Numbered from the stretch's first letter, positions 10,441-21,918 are shown. The stretch is 64,000 nt of DNA from Bacillota bacterium (GCA_017577485.2 PKRI02000006.1:2051-66050), one strand, 5' to 3'. A program made the numbers and translations. The notes: generated from the sequence alone by a model not told the origin.

Positions 10441-10460
10441 CGCCAGTCGTTCGGCCCCGC

Positions 10461-10838
10461 TCAGACTTCATCCTCCCCACCGGCGCCGGCGGCCGCCCGC
10501 AGCACGCCCGCCTCCCGCAGCAGCCGCTCCACGTCCTGATCCACCTCGGCGAAAGGGCACTCCGCCGCACCGCGCCGCGCCACCAGCACCAGGTCCACGC
10601 CGGGGTCCAGCAGCGCCAGCCGCCGCTGGACCGCCGCCGACAGGCGGCGCCGGGCGCGGTTGCGGGTGACGGCGCCGCCCACCCGCCGCGAAACCACGAA
10701 AGCGGCCCGGGGGCCGCTGGCGTCGTCGCGGTGAAGCCAGTACAGCGCGTGGAAGCGCCCGGCGCGTCGCCGGCCGCTGTCGAGGACCTTCCGGATCTCC
10801 GCCGAGGCCCGGAGGCGGGCCGTCCTGGGCAGCGCCAC
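10461..10838 (-). CDS. rnpA: Ribonuclease P protein component
   Basis: 125 aa, GTG start. [22 protein letters not shown] is the RnpA motif. Immediately downstream of rpmH. Confidence 0.9.
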   Translation of the reverse strand: MALPRTARLRASAEIRKVLDSGRRRAGRFHALYWLHRDDASGPRAAFVVSRRVGGAVTRNRARRRLSAAVQRRLALLDPGVDLVLVARRGAAECPFAEVDQDVERLLREAGVLRAAAGAGGEDEV

Positions 10839-10850
10839 GTCGGCAGGACG

Positions 10851-10985
10851 TCAGACGGTCAGCCGCTTGCGGCCCTTCTGACGGCGGCGCCGCAGCACCC
10901 GGCGCCCGCCCGGCGTCCGCATCCGCGCCCGGAAGCCGTGCACCCTGGCCCGCCGCCGGCGCTTGGGCTGGTAGGTACGCTTCAT
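10851..10985 (-). CDS. rpmH: 50S ribosomal protein L34
   Basis: Below the ORF-track size cutoff; translated by hand. ATG 10983-10985 to TGA 10851-10853 gives [44 protein letters not shown] (44 aa). Confidence 0.95.
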   Translation of the reverse strand: MKRTYQPKRRRRARVHGFRARMRTPGGRRVLRRRRQKGRKRLTV

Positions 10986-11069
10986 GCCGTTCCACTCCTC
11001 GAAAAGTCGGAGCCTGACCAAGAAAAAACGCCTGGCGACCCTGGCCTCAGGGCCCGAGAGGCGCGATAA

Positions 11070-11099
11070 ATTCTAGTGTTCCGGCCGCACCGGTGTCAA
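11070..11099 (-). promoter_or_regulatory. rpmH promoter (TTGACA-18-TAGAAT)
   Basis: Minus strand: TTGACA (11094-11099), 18-nt spacer, TAGAAT (11070-11075). About 85 nt upstream of the rpmH ATG. Confidence 0.6.
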
Positions 11100-11136
11100 G
11101 GAACGCGGTGGTTGATTGCCCCCGCCGGGGGGCGTC

Positions 11137-11436
11137 TGCTATCATGTGTGTGCCCTGAAACCCGCATGGGACAAGGCTTTATGCACAACCTGTGGATAAC
11201 GTTGTGCATAAGTCGCTGCGGGGCTGCCCGTAACATAACACCAGCACGCCCGGGCCGGCTCAACGCCCAGATCGCCGCCCCAGTCGCCAGCCCGCCGTCC
11301 ACGGTACATAAACCGGCGCCGGCGGGGCGCGGTTGAGCCGGCGCACCCGTACCACCGGCCGGGCGCAGCCCCGGTCATCTCGGAAACACGCCGCATTCGG
11401 CATGTACCTGCAACCCTGTGGATAAGTTGTGGACAA
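11137..11436 (+). promoter_or_regulatory. dnaA upstream region: extended -10 promoter plus DnaA-box cluster (oriC part I / dnaA autoregulation)
   Basis: TGCTATCAT at 11137-11145. Boxes: TTATGCACA 11179-11187, TGTGGATAA 11191-11199 (perfect), TGTGCATAA 11203-11211, TGTGGATAA 11417-11425 (perfect), TGTGGACAA 11428-11436. Confidence 0.8.
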
Positions 11437-12814
11437 GGTATCGGGGGGCTGTGCATTGCATCCCAGCAGCCTGGAGGAACTCTGGTCGGAAACCCTGCGT
11501 GTGGTTGAGAGTCACCTGCCCAGGACCAGCGTGGAGGCATGGCTCCGGAACACGCGCCCCCTGTGCATCGAGGACGACACCCTGGTGGTCGAGGTCCCCA
11601 ACCGCTGGGTCCGCGACTGGCTCCACGAGCGCTACTACGACCCGCTGCACGACGCACTGCGCCGCTGCGCCCAGGTGGGCCTGCACCTGCGTTTCGTGGT
11701 GGGCGAGGACGCGGACGGCCTCGCGGTCCACGATGCGGCGCGGCCGGAGGTGGCTGCGGCGGTCGAACCGCAGCCGCGACCGGCCCTGGGCCAGACCCTG
11801 AACCACCGCTATACCTTCGAAACCTTCGTCATCGGCAGCGGCAACCGCCTGGCCCATGCCGCCGCCCTGGCGGTGGCCGAGGCCCCGGCCCGCGCCTACA
11901 ATCCTCTGTTCCTCTACGGCGGGGTGGGCCTGGGCAAGACGCACCTGATGCAGGCCATCGCCCACCGGGTGCTGCAGCGCAACCCGCGCACCCGCGTGGT
12001 CTACGTGTCGTCCGAGACCTTCACCAACGAGATCATCAACGCCATCCGCGACCGCACCACCATCGAGTTCCGCAACCGCTACCGCAACGTGGACGTGCTG
12101 CTGGTGGACGACATCCAGTTCCTGGCCGGGAAGGAAACCACCCAGGAAGAGTTCTTCCACACCTTCAACGCGCTGCACGAGTCCGGCCGGCAGATCGTGG
12201 TGTCCAGCGACCGGCCGCCCAAGGAGATCCAGACCCTGGAGGAGCGCCTGCGTTCCCGCTTCGAATGGGGCCTGGTCTCGGACATCCAGCCGCCCGACCT
12301 GGAGACGCGCATCGCCATCCTGCGCAAGAAGGCGCAGCTTGAGCACCTGACGGTGCCCGACGACGTGGTCTACTACATCGCCGAGCGCGTGACCAGCAAC
12401 ATCCGCGAACTGGAGGGCGCGTTGATCCGGCTGGTGGCCCACGCCAGCCTGATCCACGCCCCCATCACCCTGGAACTGGCCGAAACCACCCTGAAGGACC
12501 TGCTGCCGCCGGCGCAGCCTGTGGCCATCACCATCCAGGCCATCCAGGAGGTCGTGGCCGAGCACTTCGGCATCAGCGTGCGCGATCTCAAGATGCGCAG
12601 CCGTGCCCGGGCCGTGGCCTTCCCGCGGCAGGTGGCCATGTACCTGTGCCGGGAGCTGACCAACGCGTCGCTGCCCAAGATCGGCGAGGACTTCGGCGGC
12701 CGCGACCACACCACGGTGCTGCACGCGTGCGAGAAAATCCGCGCTGAGGCGGAGGCGGACAGCACGCTGCGCGCCACCCTCCAGCACCTGATCCAGCGCC
12801 TCCGCCGCGGCTGA
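11429..12814 (+). CDS. dnaA: Chromosomal replication initiator protein DnaA
   Basis: 461 aa. AAA+ Walker A NPLFLYGGVGLGKTHLMQAI, VDVLLVDDIQFL, domain IV HTTVLHACEKI. The first in-frame start (GTG 11429) lies inside a DnaA box. TTG at 11456 (MHPSSLEELW..), preceded by GGGGGG, is an equally plausible start. Confidence 0.95.
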   Translation: MDKVSGGCALHPSSLEELWSETLRVVESHLPRTSVEAWLRNTRPLCIEDDTLVVEVPNRWVRDWLHERYYDPLHDALRRCAQVGLHLRFVVGEDADGLAVHDAARPEVAAAVEPQPRPALGQTLNHRYTFETFVIGSGNRLAHAAALAVAEAPARAYNPLFLYGGVGLGKTHLMQAIAHRVLQRNPRTRVVYVSSETFTNEIINAIRDRTTIEFRNRYRNVDVLLVDDIQFLAGKETTQEEFFHTFNALHESGRQIVVSSDRPPKEIQTLEERLRSRFEWGLVSDIQPPDLETRIAILRKKAQLEHLTVPDDVVYYIAERVTSNIRELEGALIRLVAHASLIHAPITLELAETTLKDLLPPAQPVAITIQAIQEVVAEHFGISVRDLKMRSRARAVAFPRQVAMYLCRELTNASLPKIGEDFGGRDHTTVLHACEKIRAEAEADSTLRATLQHLIQRLRRG

Positions 12815-12899
12815 GGCCAGACCGCAGCGCCGGGCGCCGGCGGGACGGCGCGCCGGCACGCTGCGCACCGCCGGCCTGTCGACAACGATCGGGACATCC

Positions 12900-13105
12900 T
12901 GTGGAGAACCATGTGGACAACGGCCACGGCGTCGTACCTGTGGACAACCGCGTCCCGCCGCGCTTCGACACCCACAGGCTGTCCACGGCCGCCGTGCCTT
13001 GAACGGCGGCGCTTCGACCGGGTTCTCCACATCTCCACAGGAACGACTACTGCCGCTGAGAATCCATATGCCCAACCGCTCTCTTTTCGCTGGGCATGTG
13101 GATGA
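12900..13105. other. oriC: oriC part II: DnaA-box cluster and probable unwinding region in the dnaA-dnaN spacer
   Basis: TGTGGAGAA 12900-12908, TGTGGACAA 12912-12920, TGTGGACAA 12939-12947, TTCTCCACA 13023-13031, ATCTCCACA 13031-13039, TGTGGATGA 13097-13105. The relatively AT-rich stretch is 13040-13095. Confidence 0.75.
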
Positions 13106-13136
13106 TCGACGCCTTTCGGGAAGGACGGTGTCGGCA

Positions 13137-14246
13137 GTGAGATTCGTCGTCGATCGCGAGGCCCTGGCCTGGGGCCTTCAGACCTCCGGGCGCGCCGTCT
13201 CGTCGCGCACCACGCTTCCGGTGCTGACGGGTATCCTCCTGGAAGCCCGGGGGAACGAGCTGATCATCACCGGCACGGACCTGGAGATCGCCATCCGCAC
13301 CCGGCTGCCGGCCTCCGACGTCCAGGAAGGCGCCGTGGTACTGCCGGCCCGTTACCTCAGCGAGTACGCCCGGCGCATTCCCTTCGGCCAGATCACCGTG
13401 GAGGTCGACACCGGCCTCAACCAGGCCAGGCTGCGCTGGGAGCGCTCGGAGTACGTGATCCACGGGTTCCCCGCCGCCGACTTCCCCGCCGTCGCCGCCG
13501 GCGACGGCAGTGGCCCGAGCCTGTCGCTGCCCAGGCCCCTGCTCCGCCGCATGATCCAGCAGACGGCCTTTGCCGTCTCGGCCGACGAGACGCGGCCCAC
13601 CCTGACCGGCGTCCACCTGGCGGCCGCCGACGGGCTGCGGGCCATCGCCACCGACGGGTTCCGCGTGGCCATCCACCGGGCCGGCTACGACGGCGCCGCC
13701 GGCGGGCTGGACGCCATCGTGCCCGGCAGGGCCCTGAACGAGCTGGCGCGGCTGCTGGGGTCCGATGACGACGGCGCCGTGGACGTGCGCTTCGGCGGCA
13801 GCCAGATTCACTTCGACCTGGGCGACGCCCAACTGTCCTCGCGCCTGATCGAGGGCCAGTACCCCAACGTCCTGGACCTGCTGCCCCAGGAGTACCCGAC
13901 GCGGCTGCGGGTGGACCGGGACGCCCTGCTGGAGGCGGCCGAGCGCGCGTCGCTGATGTCCGACAGCCGCCTGGCGTCGCGCCTCATCGTTCTGGAACTG
14001 GAGCCGGAGCGCCTGGTCATCACCTCCCAGGACCCCGAGGTGGGCCAGGCCTACGAGGAGATCCCGGCCGAACTGGACGGCCAGGGCCTGCGCATCGGGC
14101 TCAACGCCCGCTACCTGACCGACGGCCTGCGGGCGCTGGAGGCCGGCGAGATCGACCTGGAGTTCATCGATCCCGTCAAGGCGGTGCGGATCTCCTCGCC
14201 GGCCGACGACTCGTACCGGTACATCGTCTTCCCGGTGCGCATCTGA
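13137..14246 (+). CDS. dnaN: DNA polymerase III beta sliding clamp
   Basis: ORF track 12999..14246, trimmed to GTG 13137 (GGAAGGA RBS ~10 nt upstream). VRFVVDREALAWGLQTSGRAVSSRTTLPVLTGILLEARGNELIITGTDLEIAIRT is a typical DnaN N-terminus. Confidence 0.93.
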   Translation: MRFVVDREALAWGLQTSGRAVSSRTTLPVLTGILLEARGNELIITGTDLEIAIRTRLPASDVQEGAVVLPARYLSEYARRIPFGQITVEVDTGLNQARLRWERSEYVIHGFPAADFPAVAAGDGSGPSLSLPRPLLRRMIQQTAFAVSADETRPTLTGVHLAAADGLRAIATDGFRVAIHRAGYDGAAGGLDAIVPGRALNELARLLGSDDDGAVDVRFGGSQIHFDLGDAQLSSRLIEGQYPNVLDLLPQEYPTRLRVDRDALLEAAERASLMSDSRLASRLIVLELEPERLVITSQDPEVGQAYEEIPAELDGQGLRIGLNARYLTDGLRALEAGEIDLEFIDPVKAVRISSPADDSYRYIVFPVRI

Positions 14247-14259
14247 GCGGCAGGGCGCC

Positions 14260-15417
14260 GTGTACCTGGAAGAACTGCGGCTCCGCGCCTTCCGCAACTA
14301 CGCCGACCTGACCGCCCGTTTCCCCGCCGGCGTGGTGCTGCTCATCGGCCCCAATGCCGCCGGCAAGACCAACCTGCTGGAGGCGGTGCACGTGCTGTGC
14401 ACCGGCACGTCGCAGCGCGGCGCCCGCGACGCCGACATGGCCGCGTGGGACGGCGGCGGCGGGTACGCCGTCTGGGGCAGCCTCCGGCGCGACGGTTACA
14501 GCGTGGAGCTGGCGGTGCGCTACGACCCCGGGGAGGGGAAGCGGGTCACCGTCATGGGCTCGCCGGTCCAGCGGCGGGCCGACCTGCTGGAGCACGCGGC
14601 GGCGGTAGCCTTTGCTCCCGACGACCTGCGCCTGGTCAAAGGGGAACCCGGTTACCGCAGGCGTTACGCCGACCGCCTGGCGGCCCTGGGGGACCGGCGG
14701 CACGCTGCGGATCTGGCGGCGCTGCGCGGCGCCCTGGAGCAGCGCAACCACCTGCTCAGGGACGTGCGGGCCCGCCGCAGCGGGCGGGCGCTGGCGGGCC
14801 TGTTCGACGAGCCCTTTCTGGAAGCGGCGTCGCGGGTCACGGCCCGCCGCGTGGCGGCCCTGGAGCGGGCGCTGCCGGCGGCCGCCGAGGCCCTGGCGCG
14901 GCTCACCGCCGGGCGCGAGCGCCTGACGGCCGTGTACCTGGAGAATGGGCGGCACCCGCACCCGCTGGCGCCGGCGGCGCCGGAGGCCAGGGACCCCGCC
15001 TTCTGGCGGGAGCGCGGCCGCGCCGCCCTCCAGGAGCAGGCGCGGGAGGAGATGGAGCGGGGCGTGACCCTCTGGGGACCGCACCGCGACGATGTGGCCC
15101 TGCTGGTGGACGGCCGCGACAGCCGGGTCCACGCTTCCCAGGGGCAGCAGCGGTCGGTGGTGCTGGCCCTGAAGCAGGCGGAACTGGCCGCGGCCGCGGA
15201 AGCCGTGGGCACGGCGCCGCTCCTGCTGCTGGACGACGTGCTCTCCGAACTGGACCCAACCCGCAGCGCCGCGCTGCTGGAGCTGGCCCAGGGGGCGGGC
15301 CAGGCCCTGGTGACGGCGGCGGTGGAGGACGCCGGCGACCTGGGCCCGTGGCGGCGGGCGGCTGCCGCCGTGTTCGCGGTGGCCGGCGGCCGCCTGGGAG
15401 AGGTGACGGTGCCGTGA
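14260..15417 (+). CDS. recF: DNA replication and repair protein RecF
   Basis: 385 aa. MYLEELRLRAFRNY.., Walker A GPNAAGKTNLLEAV, signature SQGQQRSVVLALK, LLLLDDVLSELD. Confidence 0.94.
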   Translation: MYLEELRLRAFRNYADLTARFPAGVVLLIGPNAAGKTNLLEAVHVLCTGTSQRGARDADMAAWDGGGGYAVWGSLRRDGYSVELAVRYDPGEGKRVTVMGSPVQRRADLLEHAAAVAFAPDDLRLVKGEPGYRRRYADRLAALGDRRHAADLAALRGALEQRNHLLRDVRARRSGRALAGLFDEPFLEAASRVTARRVAALERALPAAAEALARLTAGRERLTAVYLENGRHPHPLAPAAPEARDPAFWRERGRAALQEQAREEMERGVTLWGPHRDDVALLVDGRDSRVHASQGQQRSVVLALKQAELAAAAEAVGTAPLLLLDDVLSELDPTRSAALLELAQGAGQALVTAAVEDAGDLGPWRRAAAAVFAVAGGRLGEVTVP

Positions 15418-16493
15418 GCCGCCGGCACAGGGATCGCACGGGCCCCGGCGGCCCCGTGCGGTTGGGCGACGCCCTGCACCGGGTCCTGCGTGACCTGGGC
15501 CACGACGGTCCCATCCGCCGGCAGCGGGCGCTGGACGTTTGGGCCGAGGCGGTGGGGCCGGCCCTGGCCGCCCACAGCCGGGCCGTGGGCTGGCGCGGCG
15601 CGGTGCTGGTGGTGGAAGTGGACGATCCCGCCTGGGCCCAGCAGATGAGCATGATGCAGGAAGCCCTGCGGGCGGCGGTCAACAGCCGCCTGGACGAGCC
15701 CGTCGTGGCCGGCCTGCATTTCCGGGTGCGGGGCGGCCGCGGCGAAGGGGCGCCGGGCGGGGGCAGCGCAAGACGCGGGCGGCGCGCCAGGCCGTGGGAT
15801 TCCCCGACCAGCGCTGACGGCGGCGCACGGGCCCAGGTCACGGCGCAGCCCCGGGCGCCGGCGGGCACGGGCGACGCGGGGGCAGGGGCAGCCCAGGCGC
15901 CCCGGCCCCCCGACGTGCCGGCCGGCTACCGCCGCTGGCTGGACGAAGCCGCCCGCTGCCGGGACGAGGACCTGCGCGGCGCCATGACCCGCTGGCTGGC
16001 GGCGTTGCTGCTGCGCCGCGGCGGCGAGCGCGCAGGGCGGTGCCCTTCCTGCGGCGCCCCCACGGCGCCGGCGGGCCCGGACGCACCCCGGCAGGAATGT
16101 CCCGCCTGCCAGGCGGAATGGCGTCCCGGGGGCCGGCGCCGGCGGGTCCAGGCCCTGCTGGAGGAGGAGCCGTGGCTTTCGGCCGAGGCCGTGGCGGCCC
16201 GGCTGCCGGGCTGCAGCCCGAGGATTTACGCCGACGTGCGCGGAAAACTGCTCCAGGCGTGGCAGGCTGAATTGCAGGACGTGCTGGAACGCCTGGAGCG
16301 CGGCGGCCGCCGGCGCGACCGGGCGGCCCTGCGGCGGCGGGGTTCCGTGCTGGCCCTGCGCCTGGCTTGCCTCGTCACCGGGGTGCCGCCCGGCCGGCTG
16401 TCGGACGAGGCGGTGGCCCGGGCGCTGGGCCCGCGGGCCCAGTCACTCCTGGGCGACGGGAGCGATGACCATTTACCTGCAGCCGGGCGCTGA
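15414..16493 (+). CDS. dciA: DUF721 (DciA-type) domain protein with a long C-terminal extension containing a CxxC-x15-CxxC zinc-ribbon-like motif
   Basis: In-frame part of ORF 14397..16493. GTG 15414 overlaps the recF stop (GTGA). N-terminus LGDALHRVLRDLG..ALDVWAEAVGPALAAHSRAVGWRGAVLVVEVDDPAWAQQMSMMQEALRAAVNSRL..GLHFRV matches the DUF721 pattern. A Gly/Arg/Ala/Pro linker follows, then CPSCGAPTAPAGPDAPRQECPAC and a helical tail. 359 aa. Confidence 0.65.
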   Translation: MSRRHRDRTGPGGPVRLGDALHRVLRDLGHDGPIRRQRALDVWAEAVGPALAAHSRAVGWRGAVLVVEVDDPAWAQQMSMMQEALRAAVNSRLDEPVVAGLHFRVRGGRGEGAPGGGSARRGRRARPWDSPTSADGGARAQVTAQPRAPAGTGDAGAGAAQAPRPPDVPAGYRRWLDEAARCRDEDLRGAMTRWLAALLLRRGGERAGRCPSCGAPTAPAGPDAPRQECPACQAEWRPGGRRRRVQALLEEEPWLSAEAVAARLPGCSPRIYADVRGKLLQAWQAELQDVLERLERGGRRRDRAALRRRGSVLALRLACLVTGVPPGRLSDEAVARALGPRAQSLLGDGSDDHLPAAGR

Positions 16494-16785
16494 CCACCTG
16501 GTGCCCCTGAGCGCGGTGATCGCCGTCCTGGACGGGCGGCTGCGCCGGCAGGGGTCGGTGCAGGAGTTTCTGGACCTGCAGCGGTCCGCAGGCCGCCTGG
16601 TGGACCTGGCGGGCGGCCGGCCGCGGGCCCTGGTCATCACCGACCAAGCCACGTACCTGTCGCCGCTGTCGCCGGCGGCGCTGCGCCGGCGGGTCTGGTC
16701 CCGGCAGGCGCCCGGCGCGCGCCCGGCGGGCGGGGATGCGGAAAGGTATACTGGGGATGGACGCCGGCGCACCCGGGCCGGGTAG
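16465..16785 (+). CDS. remB: RemB/YaaB-like small protein (DUF370-type)
   Basis: 106 aa. MTIYLQPGADHLVPLSAVIAVLD..VQEFLD..PRALVITDQATYLSPLSPAALRRR resembles B. subtilis YaaB/RemB (recalled from memory) and occupies the same recF-gyrB slot. Confidence 0.7.
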   Translation: MTIYLQPGADHLVPLSAVIAVLDGRLRRQGSVQEFLDLQRSAGRLVDLAGGRPRALVITDQATYLSPLSPAALRRRVWSRQAPGARPAGGDAERYTGDGRRRTRAG

Positions 16786-16822
16786 GACCGGGTGCGCTTT
16801 GTGTGGCACGTTGCGACGCTGA

Positions 16823-18757
<1,935 letters not shown>

Positions 18758-18775
18758 CCGGGTGCACATAACACC

Positions 18776-18891
18776 GGTGGATAAGGGTCTTCCACAGGCT
18801 GTGGAAAACCTGTGGAGCCCGGTGCGGGCGGGGCCCCGGGGTTCCGGCAAGAGGGTTGCACAGTCCACACCGGTGGATAAGTTGTGGATAA
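18776..18891. promoter_or_regulatory. DnaA-box cluster in the gyrB-gyrA spacer
   Basis: GGTGGATAA 18776-18784, TCTTCCACA 18788-18796 (weak), TGTGGAAAA 18800-18808, TGTGGAGCC 18811-18819 (weak), GGTGGATAA 18872-18880, TGTGGATAA 18883-18891 (perfect). The last box ends 2 nt before the gyrA RBS GGGAGGG. Confidence 0.7.
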
Positions 18892-18904
18892 CTCGGGAGG
18901 GAAG

Positions 18905-21346
18905 ATGGGCTTGTCGGACTTCACCGTGGGCAAGGTGCTGCCGGTCGATATCGCGGACGAGATGAAGCAGTCCTACATCGACTACGCCATGAGCGTCATC
19001 ACCAACCGGGCGCTGCCCGACGTCCGCGACGGGCTGAAGCCGGTCCAGCGGCGCATCCTCTACGCCATGTACGAAAACGGCAACACCCCCGACAAGCCCT
19101 ACAAGAAGTCGGCCCGTGCCGTGGGCGACGTGCTGAGCCGCTACCATCCCCACTCCGACACGGCGGTCTACGACGCCCTGGTTCGCCTGGCCCAGGACTT
19201 CGTGATGCGGGCGCCGCTGGTGGACGGCCACGGCAACTTCGGCAGCATCGACGGCGACCCGCCGGCGGCCATGCGCTACACCGAGGCCCGGCTGTCGCCC
19301 CTGGCCATGGAGATGATGACCGACATCGACAAGAACACCGTCGACTTCACGCCCAACTTCGACGGTGAACTGGAGGAGCCGGTCGTCCTCCCGTCGCGGT
19401 TCCCCAACCTGCTGGTCAACGGCTCGGCGGGCATCGCCGTGGGCATGGCCACCAATATCCCGCCCCACAACCTGCGCGAGGTCATCGACGCCGTGGTGGC
19501 CATGATCGATGACCCCGATATCGACAACCGCGGGCTGATGAAGATCATCCAGGGTCCCGACTTCCCCACCGGCGGCATCATCGTGGGCCGCGAGGGCATC
19601 CGCGAGGCCTACGAGAAGGGCCGCGGCATCATCACCATCCGCGCCACCGCCCGGATCGAGGAGATGCGGGGCGACCGGCACCGCATCGTCATCACCGACG
19701 TGCCCTACCAGGCCAACAAGGCGCGGATCATCGAGCAGATCGCGGAACTGGTGCGGGAGCGCAAGATCGAGGGCATCACCGACCTGCGGGACGAGACCGA
19801 CCGCGAGGGGCTCAGGATCGTCATCGAGCTCAGCCGCAGCGCCAACCCCAACGTGATCCTGAACCAGCTTTACAAGTTCACCGGCCTGCAGCAGTCCTTC
19901 GGGATCATCATGCTGGCCCTGGTGGACGGCCAGCCCAGGCTCCTGGACCTCAAGGGCATGATCCAGGAGTACCTCAAGCACCAGAAGGAGGTCATCGTCC
20001 GCCGGACCCGCTTCGAACTGGAGAAGGCCGAGGAACGGGCCCACATCCTGGAGGGCCTGCGCATCGCCCTGGACCACATCGATGAGGTCATCAGCCTGAT
20101 CCGGTCCTCCCGCAGCGACCAGGAAGCCAAGGAAGGCCTGATGAACCGCTTCGGCCTTTCGGAGCGCCAGGCCCAGGCCATCCTGGACATGCGCCTGCGC
20201 CGGCTGACCGGCCTGGAGCGGGAGAAGATCGAGCAGGAGTACGACGAGCTGCTCAAGACCATCGAGTACCTGCGGGCGGTGCTGGCCTCGGAGCGCATGG
20301 TGCTGCAGATCATCAAGCAGGAGATCACCGAGATCCGCGACCGCTTCGCCGACGAGCGCCGCACCCGCATCGTGGCCGGCGAGGGCGACATCGACCTGGA
20401 GGACCTGATCGCCGACGAGGACGTGGTCATTACCCTGACCCACAAGGGCTACATCAAGCGCATGCCGGTCACCGCCTACCGCAGCCAGCGCCGCGGCGGC
20501 CGCGGCGTGTCGGGCATCGCCACCCGCGACGAGGACTTCGTGGAGCAGCTTTTCATCACCACCAACCACCACACGCTGCTGTTCTTCAGCAACCGCGGCG
20601 TGGTCTACCGCCGCAAGGTCTACGAGATACCCGAGGCGTCGCGGGCGGCCAGGGGCACCGCCATGATCAACCTGATCGAGGTGCAGAAGGGCGAGCGGAT
20701 CCAGCAGGTCATCGCCGTGCGCGACTTCGACGACCGGCAGTACCTGCTGACGGCCACCCGCCAGGGCATCGTCAAGAAGACGCTGCTGTCGGAGTACGCC
20801 AACATCCGGCGCGGCGGCATCATCGCCCTGGCGCTGGACGAGGGCGACGAGCTGGTGGGCGTGCGCCTCACCGACGGCAGGCGGGACGTGCTGCTCACCA
20901 CCCGCCAGGGCATGGCCATCCGCTTCAACGAGGACGAGGTGCGGCCCATGGGCCGGGCTGCCCGCGGCGTCATCGGCATCCGCCTGGCCCCCGGCGACGA
21001 GGTGGTGTCCATGGACGTGGCCGACGAGGACGCCGAGGTGCTGGTGGTGTCGGAGCGGGGCTACGGCAAGCGGACGCCCGTCAGCGAGTACCGGCGCCAG
21101 GGCCGCGGCGGCATGGGCATCAAGACCATGAACGTAACCCCCAAGACCGGCCCGGTGGCCGGCAGCCGCGTGGTCAAGCCGGGCAACGAGGTCATGCTGG
21201 TGTCGGCGGCGGGCATCATCCTGCGCACGCCGGTGGAAGACATCTCGGTGCAGGGGCGGCTCACCCAGGGCGTGGTGGTCATGCGCCTGGATGAGGGTGA
21301 CAAGGTCGTGGCCATCGCCCCGGTGGTGGGCAAGGACGACGAGTGA
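18905..21346 (+). CDS. gyrA: DNA gyrase subunit A
   Basis: ORF track 18884..21346, trimmed to ATG 18905 (GGGAGGG RBS). [55 protein letters not shown], active-site region [10 protein letters not shown]. Confidence 0.96.
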   Translation: MGLSDFTVGKVLPVDIADEMKQSYIDYAMSVITNRALPDVRDGLKPVQRRILYAMYENGNTPDKPYKKSARAVGDVLSRYHPHSDTAVYDALVRLAQDFVMRAPLVDGHGNFGSIDGDPPAAMRYTEARLSPLAMEMMTDIDKNTVDFTPNFDGELEEPVVLPSRFPNLLVNGSAGIAVGMATNIPPHNLREVIDAVVAMIDDPDIDNRGLMKIIQGPDFPTGGIIVGREGIREAYEKGRGIITIRATARIEEMRGDRHRIVITDVPYQANKARIIEQIAELVRERKIEGITDLRDETDREGLRIVIELSRSANPNVILNQLYKFTGLQQSFGIIMLALVDGQPRLLDLKGMIQEYLKHQKEVIVRRTRFELEKAEERAHILEGLRIALDHIDEVISLIRSSRSDQEAKEGLMNRFGLSERQAQAILDMRLRRLTGLEREKIEQEYDELLKTIEYLRAVLASERMVLQIIKQEITEIRDRFADERRTRIVAGEGDIDLEDLIADEDVVITLTHKGYIKRMPVTAYRSQRRGGRGVSGIATRDEDFVEQLFITTNHHTLLFFSNRGVVYRRKVYEIPEASRAARGTAMINLIEVQKGERIQQVIAVRDFDDRQYLLTATRQGIVKKTLLSEYANIRRGGIIALALDEGDELVGVRLTDGRRDVLLTTRQGMAIRFNEDEVRPMGRAARGVIGIRLAPGDEVVSMDVADEDAEVLVVSERGYGKRTPVSEYRRQGRGGMGIKTMNVTPKTGPVAGSRVVKPGNEVMLVSAAGIILRTPVEDISVQGRLTQGVVVMRLDEGDKVVAIAPVVGKDDE

Positions 21347-21840
21347 GGCCGGCGGCGATGACGGCCGGGGCCCCCGACCGCGACGCCGGTTACGAGATCC
21401 TGGAGCACACCGCCGACGTGGGCCTTGAGGCCTACGGGCCCACGCCGGCCGAGGCCCTGCGCCAGGCGGCCCTGGGCATGGCGGCGCTGGTGGTGCCGCC
21501 GGACCAGGTGCGGCCCGCCCGCCGCTGGCAGGTGCATGTTTCGGCGCCCGACCCCGACCTGCTGCTGTTCAACCTGCTGGACGAGCTGCTGTACCTGCAC
21601 CACGTGGAGGGCATGCTGGTCCACGACGTGACGGTGGAAGCCGAGGCCCCCGGGGGGCCCGGCGGCAGCGGCGGCGCCCCCGGGCCTGGCCGGTGGTCGG
21701 CGCGGGCCGTGGCGCGGGGCGAGACCCTGGATCCCCGCCGCCACCGGCCGGGTACCGAGATCAAGGCGGTAACCCTCCACGGCATCGCCCTGCGGCCCGA
21801 GGGCGGCCGCTGGGTGGGCCGCGTCGTCTTCGACCTCTGA
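21343..21840 (+). CDS. Archease (RtcB activator/chaperone family)
   Basis: 165 aa. [16 protein letters not shown] near the N-terminus and [17 protein letters not shown] at the C-terminus are archease hallmarks. GTG 21343 overlaps the gyrA stop (GTGA); ATG 21358 is the alternative start. Confidence 0.85.
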   Translation: MRPAAMTAGAPDRDAGYEILEHTADVGLEAYGPTPAEALRQAALGMAALVVPPDQVRPARRWQVHVSAPDPDLLLFNLLDELLYLHHVEGMLVHDVTVEAEAPGGPGGSGGAPGPGRWSARAVARGETLDPRRHRPGTEIKAVTLHGIALRPEGGRWVGRVVFDL

Positions 21841-21846
21841 TCCCCG

Positions 21847-21855
21847 TGCTACAAT
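21847..21855 (+). promoter_or_regulatory. Candidate extended -10 promoter (TGCTACAAT) upstream of rtcB
   Basis: An AT-rich island in the 78-nt archease-rtcB spacer. It matches the TGCTAnnnT pattern seen before other genes in this window. Confidence 0.4.
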
Positions 21856-21918
21856 AGGGGCGCGATTTCCAGCAGTTTCAGCGTTTCCACCATCGATCCC
21901 GCGCGAGGGGGTGCGGCC

